Source: Pelomyxa schiedti (Eukaryota > Protista > Evosea). Taken from it: a DNA stretch of 64,000 nucleotides. The notes below the pieces were generated by a model. The model was not told the DNA's origin. It did no database searches and saw only the letters and a list, made by a program, of their open reading frames with translations. Below, piece after piece: positions 58,833 to 64,000 of the stretch. The DNA lies in contig JAHLWZ010000359.1 of the NCBI GenBank assembly GCA_020536535.1, forward strand, positions 35,588 to 99,587, given 5' to 3'. How positions within the stretch are numbered: position 1 is the stretch's first letter; every line of letters begins with the position of its first letter. Position numbers and translations under genes: made by a program.

Positions 58833-60833
58833 ATGACAAACATCACCGTAGACGATGCAATCAATGCTATCAAGTCAACCACCGCCTTCGACTTTATGAA
58901 GTCGACATACAAATCTGCGTTTGTCTGCCCTTTTTTATTTTTTTATTTTTTTGGTGGGCCACAGTGCAGGCGCGATCTTACACTTCCCCCCTTTCGCAGG
59001 CGTGATACGATCATGCAAGTATCCGAAGTAGAGACGCTCGTAAAAGAAGCTACTTCTGTGGAGAAATGGGGTCCGACAGCGCCACAGATGCGCCAAATTG
59101 CTGATTTGACAAGGGAATAGTAAGATCCCCACTATTTTCTTTGCATTATTCTATTGGCTCAAGTTTCAACTTCCAGTTCACAGTTCCCGATTGTAATGAA
59201 CACCCTTTTCACGAGACTTGGTCATCCTGGAAAGTATTGGCGTCATGTATACAAGGTTGTCTAACCTGAAATTTGCTCCTGTGTTCATGAGTTTCTAGTC
59301 TCTCCTTGTTATAGAATACCTGATCAAGAATGGCTCTGATGAAGTTGTTCGTGAATGCAGGGATAGGATTGTGGAGATAAACACTCTCACGAGATTCGAG
59401 CACATAGATGATGAGGAGAACAAAGACGTGGGACTAAATGGTTCTCAATGTGAAATGCCAAAAAAAAATCTAATTATTCATTAGTGCGAGAAAGAGCAAA
59501 GCAAATTGTGGCCCTTCTGCATGATGACAAGCGCCTCAAGGAGGAGCGTTCTAAGGCACAGAAGAACAAGGACAAGTTTGTTGGTCAGTACTGTACATTA
59601 GGACGCCTTGTTTACCAGATCGATAGGTGTTGGCTATGATGGCTCACGGTCTGGTCCAAGTGATTATCGTAGCTCAAGCTATGACTCACCAAGTTATGAC
59701 TCTGGTTCTCGTTACGACTCCGATTCGCGATATGACTCTGGTTCTCGTTACGACTCTGGTTCCCGTTATGACTCGGGTTCCCGCTACGACACCCCAGCGT
59801 CCACCCGCACCTATGAGACCCCCAGACCCCCATCCACTGATCTTACCTTTGAAGAAGAGAAACCGGCTCCCAGGGTTGAAACAAAGGTGGAGCCACCTAA
59901 GGTTTTGTGAAGCCCTCCTAACAAACAACTAACAACTTTAGCCAAAGCCAGTTGCAAGCCTGATTGATATGTCTGATCCAGCTCCCCCAAGGACCACCCC
60001 AACTGCAACAACTAGCTTGACCTTTTTCCCTCCGTCTACTCCTGTGGTAAGTTCTCCATCAAACCTGTTGACGGGAATGCCTTCAGGTAGCAACGACTTT
60101 CATATGAACTTTATTAACTTCCCGTACGTTTCTCCCTCCACGGCAGTCACACAGCCCACACAAACCTCAACGTTCGACCCGTTTTCTCTGAATCAGAGGC
60201 AACCTGTGAATGTTACAGCCCCTGTCAGACCCCAACAAGAGTTTACACCAATCAATTTCACACCAATAAATTTCACACCAATACAACCTGTCAACACCAC
60301 CCCAGCATCCACCTTCACTCCAACATTTCCTGACTCCCAATTTGGTGACTTTTCTGAGGCTCCCTCGTCAGTTTGTTTTCCAGCTAATTCCAGCAAAACT
60401 TACGCAACTTACAGCAAGGACCAGCAAGCCTTTGGAAATCCGATTTAGTCAACTTGGACAACCTTGGTGCCTCACCAGCTAAAACGGTAATCAGACCATT
60501 TTCTCGCGCACCTTCTTATCCATTTCGTAGGCACCCCAAGCTAAGCCGGTAAAGACTTCCATGAACTCGTTGAAAGCAACGGGCCCAGTAATTTCTTCCA
60601 GTGCCTTTGGAAACCCAACACTCACACCAACTCCCATCACTCCCATCACTCCCACCCCTGTTACCCTCACTCCGACTCCAGTGATGTACAATCAGCCAAT
60701 GAATCGAGGCAATGTGGTTATTGGGCCTAATGGGCAACCTATGATGTTGGGACCCAATGGACAACCCATGGTGATGATGACAATTCAGCCACCATTTGTG
60801 CCTATCTACGGAATGCAACCCAGAAGGATGTAA
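58833..60833 (+). CDS. ENTH-domain clathrin adaptor (epsinR/Ent3-like); multi-exon
   Basis: VKEATSVEKWGP, WRHVYK|SLLVIEYLIKNGS, DVGLN|VRERAKQIVALLHDDKRLKEER; tail motifs LIDM, DPF, FGDF, LVNLDNL. Confidence 0.9.
59680..59790 (+). repeat. 18-nt tandem repeat encoding (YDSGSR)n in the ENTH protein
   Basis: YDSPSYDSGSRYDSDSRYDSGSRYDSGSRYDSGSRYD. Confidence 0.9.
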
Positions 60834-61196
60834 ATCCCCTTTAAGAGTGGAGAATCCCAAAAGAGATACAACACACGTTTTAAAACACAACTTTTTTGTT
60901 TGTTGGGTTCTTAACAGTGTTTGCTTCATGCATTAGCTTCCTGCACAAATTTTCTGCCAAAGACTCTCTTTGAATTTGAAAATGATTGTAAAACACTGTA
61001 ACACTTAAAACAATTATAAACAAAGAGAACCAGTCGCCTTGGTTTCTGAAACAGAAGCCACGGGTTTTTCGTTCTGGAAAAAAAAAATTAGTGAACACAG
61101 AACAAGCAGGAAGGGAGTACTGAAAGCTTCTTTGGGGGGTACATGGGAACCTTTGAGAGTGAGTTTGACCATTCATGAAAGAATACAATACACCTT

Positions 61197-63295
61197 CTAC
61201 AGCAACAGGGGGTCATCTTCATGCACCTCAAAAGGGGATTTGAGAGCCCTGAAGTCAAAGAGGCAGTGAGCAATCTCAGAGAGGCAGAAGGCGTTGAGGC
61301 TGGCAGCGGCGGGGCAGCGGGCTCCCACGCGGGGCAGGCTGCACGCCACGAAAGCGGCCGCGGAGCCCCGCCAGTCGAACGACTGGTAGCACAGCCGTGC
61401 CAGCGACTCCACGAACCTGGTGATGTTCTCCCCGCGGAAGTCCANNNNNNNNNNNNNNNNNNNNNNNNNNNNNNNNNNNNNNNNNNNNNNNNNNNNNNNN
61501 NNNNNNNNNNNNNNNNNNNNNNNNNNNNNNNNNNNNNNNNNNNNCCCACGCGGGGCAGGCTGCACGCCACGAAAGCGGCCGCGGAGCCCCGCCAGTCGAA
61601 CGACTGGTAGCACAGCCGTGCCAGCGACTCCACGAACCTGGTGATGTTCTCCCCGCGGAAGTCCACCAGCTGCAGCACTGCAGCGGCCGCCGGGGGATGG
61701 AGGAGGAGCCCCACGGAGCCCGCCCGGGTCCCCTTGTTGCCTGTTCCTGTTCCTGTTCCTGTGTCTGTGCCTGTGTCTGTGCCTTTCCCGGTGGCAGTGG
61801 CAGTGCCACAGGCAGTGGTGCTGGTGGGAGTATCTGCGGTCCTCCTGATGCACACGGGGGCCCACCACTTGCCGACCTCCTTGGGGTTGGGGTGCTTCCT
61901 CACGGGGCCGTGGTAGACCTCGTACAGCCCCTCGGAGTATTGCAGCTGTATGACCACGTCGTAGTGTGTCGGTTCCTTAGGGCTGCTGCTGAGGAAGTGC
62001 TTCTTCTTTGTGTTGTTGCAGGCAAGCATTATGTCAGATAACAGGAACGCTGTTGATTTCTGGGACGACTTAGGCAGGATGGCTTCTAGGTGCCTGCATT
62101 TTGGATGTTACTGTGTATGTGGTTTTCTCTTTAGTTATTTGCGTTTTTTTGGATTAGCTGGTGCTTGTGTTGGGGAGTGGAAGTACAGTACATTCTGAGT
62201 TCCCTTTTTGGGGGCCATACACCTTTATAATGAATCAGTTTGGGTGCCAACTCAAGAGCCTCTTCAATTAGGTCGCGCACCCGCAGTGCGGCATTAAAAA
62301 CTTATTTATGTTGAACCATTTCGGTGTTTGGAAGCAGTCACATACATTCTGCAATTTCCCTGAATGTGGCAATTATTAAATCAAGATCAGGGCATGGTAC
62401 TCCTCCGAGTTGCTTTTTGAGATCCTGGTTGAGTTAAACAGGATTGTATGCCACAAGGAATACTGGCCTGAAATAGAAGTATGTACCTTGGAATTCTACA
62501 AACTTGTCCTTTAATGAGGCACTCGAGATTCAGACCATTCATAGCCATTGAGTAGTCCAAGTCCTGTAAAAAGGGGAAAAAAGAAGGTAAAAAAGGGTGA
62601 AAGAATCTACCTCAAGAAACTTTTTCCACCCTGGATTGCTTGCCTTCACAGAAGATGAAACTTGATGTGCCTCAGGGACGGAGTGCACAATATGCATATA
62701 TACTTCGAAAACATGGTCAGTTTTCTGTCCTGATAGTGAAATTACGAAGGAATGAAAAAGAAACCAACCATCCACTGCTTGAAGACTACCAAAAGGTCAG
62801 GGACAAGTGTTTCTTCAGGTAGTCCAGAAAACTGTTCAGATAGCCTAAAGATTCAAAAGCTTTAGACAAGAGGAAGCGAAGCTTGTTATCTTGTATTTTT
62901 GATTCTTCTTTTTTTGGGGAAAAAAAAAAAAAAAAACGAACACAGCACCTGGCGTGCACTGCCAGCAGCCTTTTCATGGAGCCAAAAATAGCCACGTACT
63001 GCTCCCTCGTGATCAACCTCTTGGCCTCGGTGGTATACAGCCTGTACTTGGACATCATCGCAACGAACGAGTTCTCGGTAGTTACCAACTCGCGCGCCAC
63101 CTGCCTGGCCTTGCGCCCATCAAAGGCCGCGCGCAGAGCCGCGCTGCTGGCAGCAGTGGCACTCGCAGGCGAGGGCGACGGCACAGTTGCGCGGGGAGCA
63201 GGCGGCTGTTGGTCGATTATGGGTGGGGGCGGCGCAACTATGGGAGGCGGCGGCGTGAATGGGGGTGGGATGTAGTCGTCCACGGCTGTAGTCAT
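61197..63295 (-). CDS. Divergent DH-PH (RhoGEF-like) protein; multi-exon, crosses the assembly gap
   Basis: Pro-rich N-terminus, VARELVTTENSFV, IFGSMKRLLAVH, LECLIKGQVCRIP|RYILL, PH-like AFLLSDIMLACN; the frame closes if the gap-flanking duplicate is collapsed. Confidence 0.7.
61324..61665. other. Assembly gap (100 N, 61445-61544) flanked by an exact 121-nt direct duplication
   Basis: 61324-61444 is identical to 61545-61665. Confidence 0.92.
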
Positions 63296-63651
63296 CTTCC
63301 TAACCGCCTTTGTGGTTGCAAGAAAACTTGTGTTTGTTCGATGACAAGCTTTTTCTTCTGAAACGATCTGCCCTCCCAATTCTGTTCGCCCAGCACCCCT
63401 CCCACAATAATTCGCCCTTGAGCCCAATACACCCCATTGCTCAGCTACCAAGGACACTGCACAGAAGCATCAATCAGAATCCACCGTCAGTCTGGCCAGA
63501 CCGCCGCGCCCATCGGGACAATACTGAACAGTAATCGCGAATTGTTAACAACTACGACTGCACTACACCGGCAACAAATGAGTGTCGTAGAAGAAATTGG
63601 TGTTGCGGAGGGAGGTGGCAGTCAGTTGTCGAAGCAATTGGTGGATCTAGG

Positions 63652-63952
63652 ATGACGACTTATGCGGTGTTGTTGGATGTGAACGTGCTGAAGAACGTTG
63701 GAATGGTTCGGTCGGCCATTCTGGCGAATCCCAGTTGCGTGAACGCTCACACGCAAGAAAGATGTCGGTTTTTGCCAGCAGTTTTTACTTTCACTTGCGC
63801 AGTTGTCTACACTTTCAGAGTGGGAAGTTTTAAGCTTCCAATGCAGGAGACTCACGTCTTCACATTGCCTGTGAGCTGGGATACGTTCCAACAATCAGGA
63901 CCCTGCTGGAGGAGGGAGACTGCGATGTCAATGAGAGGAGAAATGATCGCCT
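63652..63952 (+). CDS. Ankyrin-repeat protein, 5' part (start uncertain, runs off the window end)
   Basis: NVGMVRSAILANPSCVNA, then after an intron GDSRLHIACELGYVPTIRTLLEEGDCDVN (63846-63932). Confidence 0.65.
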
Positions 63953-64000
63953 GTAATTGATACTTTCTCCTTTCTATTTTTCTTCTCACTTTTTCGTTTG

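Noticed and set aside
59680-59790. Regularly spaced repeats as a possible CRISPR array
   Set aside because: Head-to-tail 18-nt coding repeats without spacers, in a eukaryotic exon
1-64000. Alternative genetic code or stop-codon readthrough to explain the fragmented ORFs
   Set aside because: The interruptions examined in conserved genes were resolved by short introns, and genes end in TAA, TAG and TGA

Overview
Compact, gene-dense eukaryotic DNA with about 27 protein-coding genes. Most are split by very short (about 39-60 nt) GT-AG introns with weak donors, so the supplied ORF track is fragmentary; all gene models here were spliced by eye and exon boundaries are approximate. A hybrid-cluster protein, the intron style and intronless lineage-expanded paralogues suggest an anaerobic amoebozoan (Archamoebae, Pelomyxa-like); this is inference only. 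Recognisable genes: PX/sorting nexin, Nrc-2/Kin82-type AGC kinase, sulfatase, transportin, CCT1, CCT6, TLC protein, HCP, ADP-ribosylglycohydrolase, ATG2, BTB protein, S10 carboxypeptidase, two DH-PH RhoGEFs, ARPC5, Sec5, ENTH/epsinR and an ankyrin protein. The strongest signals concern splicing: (1) an intergenic ~80-nt miniature U1-like Sm-class snRNA candidate at 17137-17217 (-), and (2) two U12-type (minor spliceosome) introns, one of them AT-AC, in the same kinase gene. Unusual protein architectures: a Rab-like pseudo-GTPase with a BC/cullin box, a DH-PH RhoGEF fused to a claudin-like 4-TM domain, a GAF-SAM-tyrosine pseudokinase, VWA plus IFI44-like GTPase, and a stand-alone degenerate helicase-C domain. 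The N gap at 61445-61544 looks like an uncollapsed overlap.
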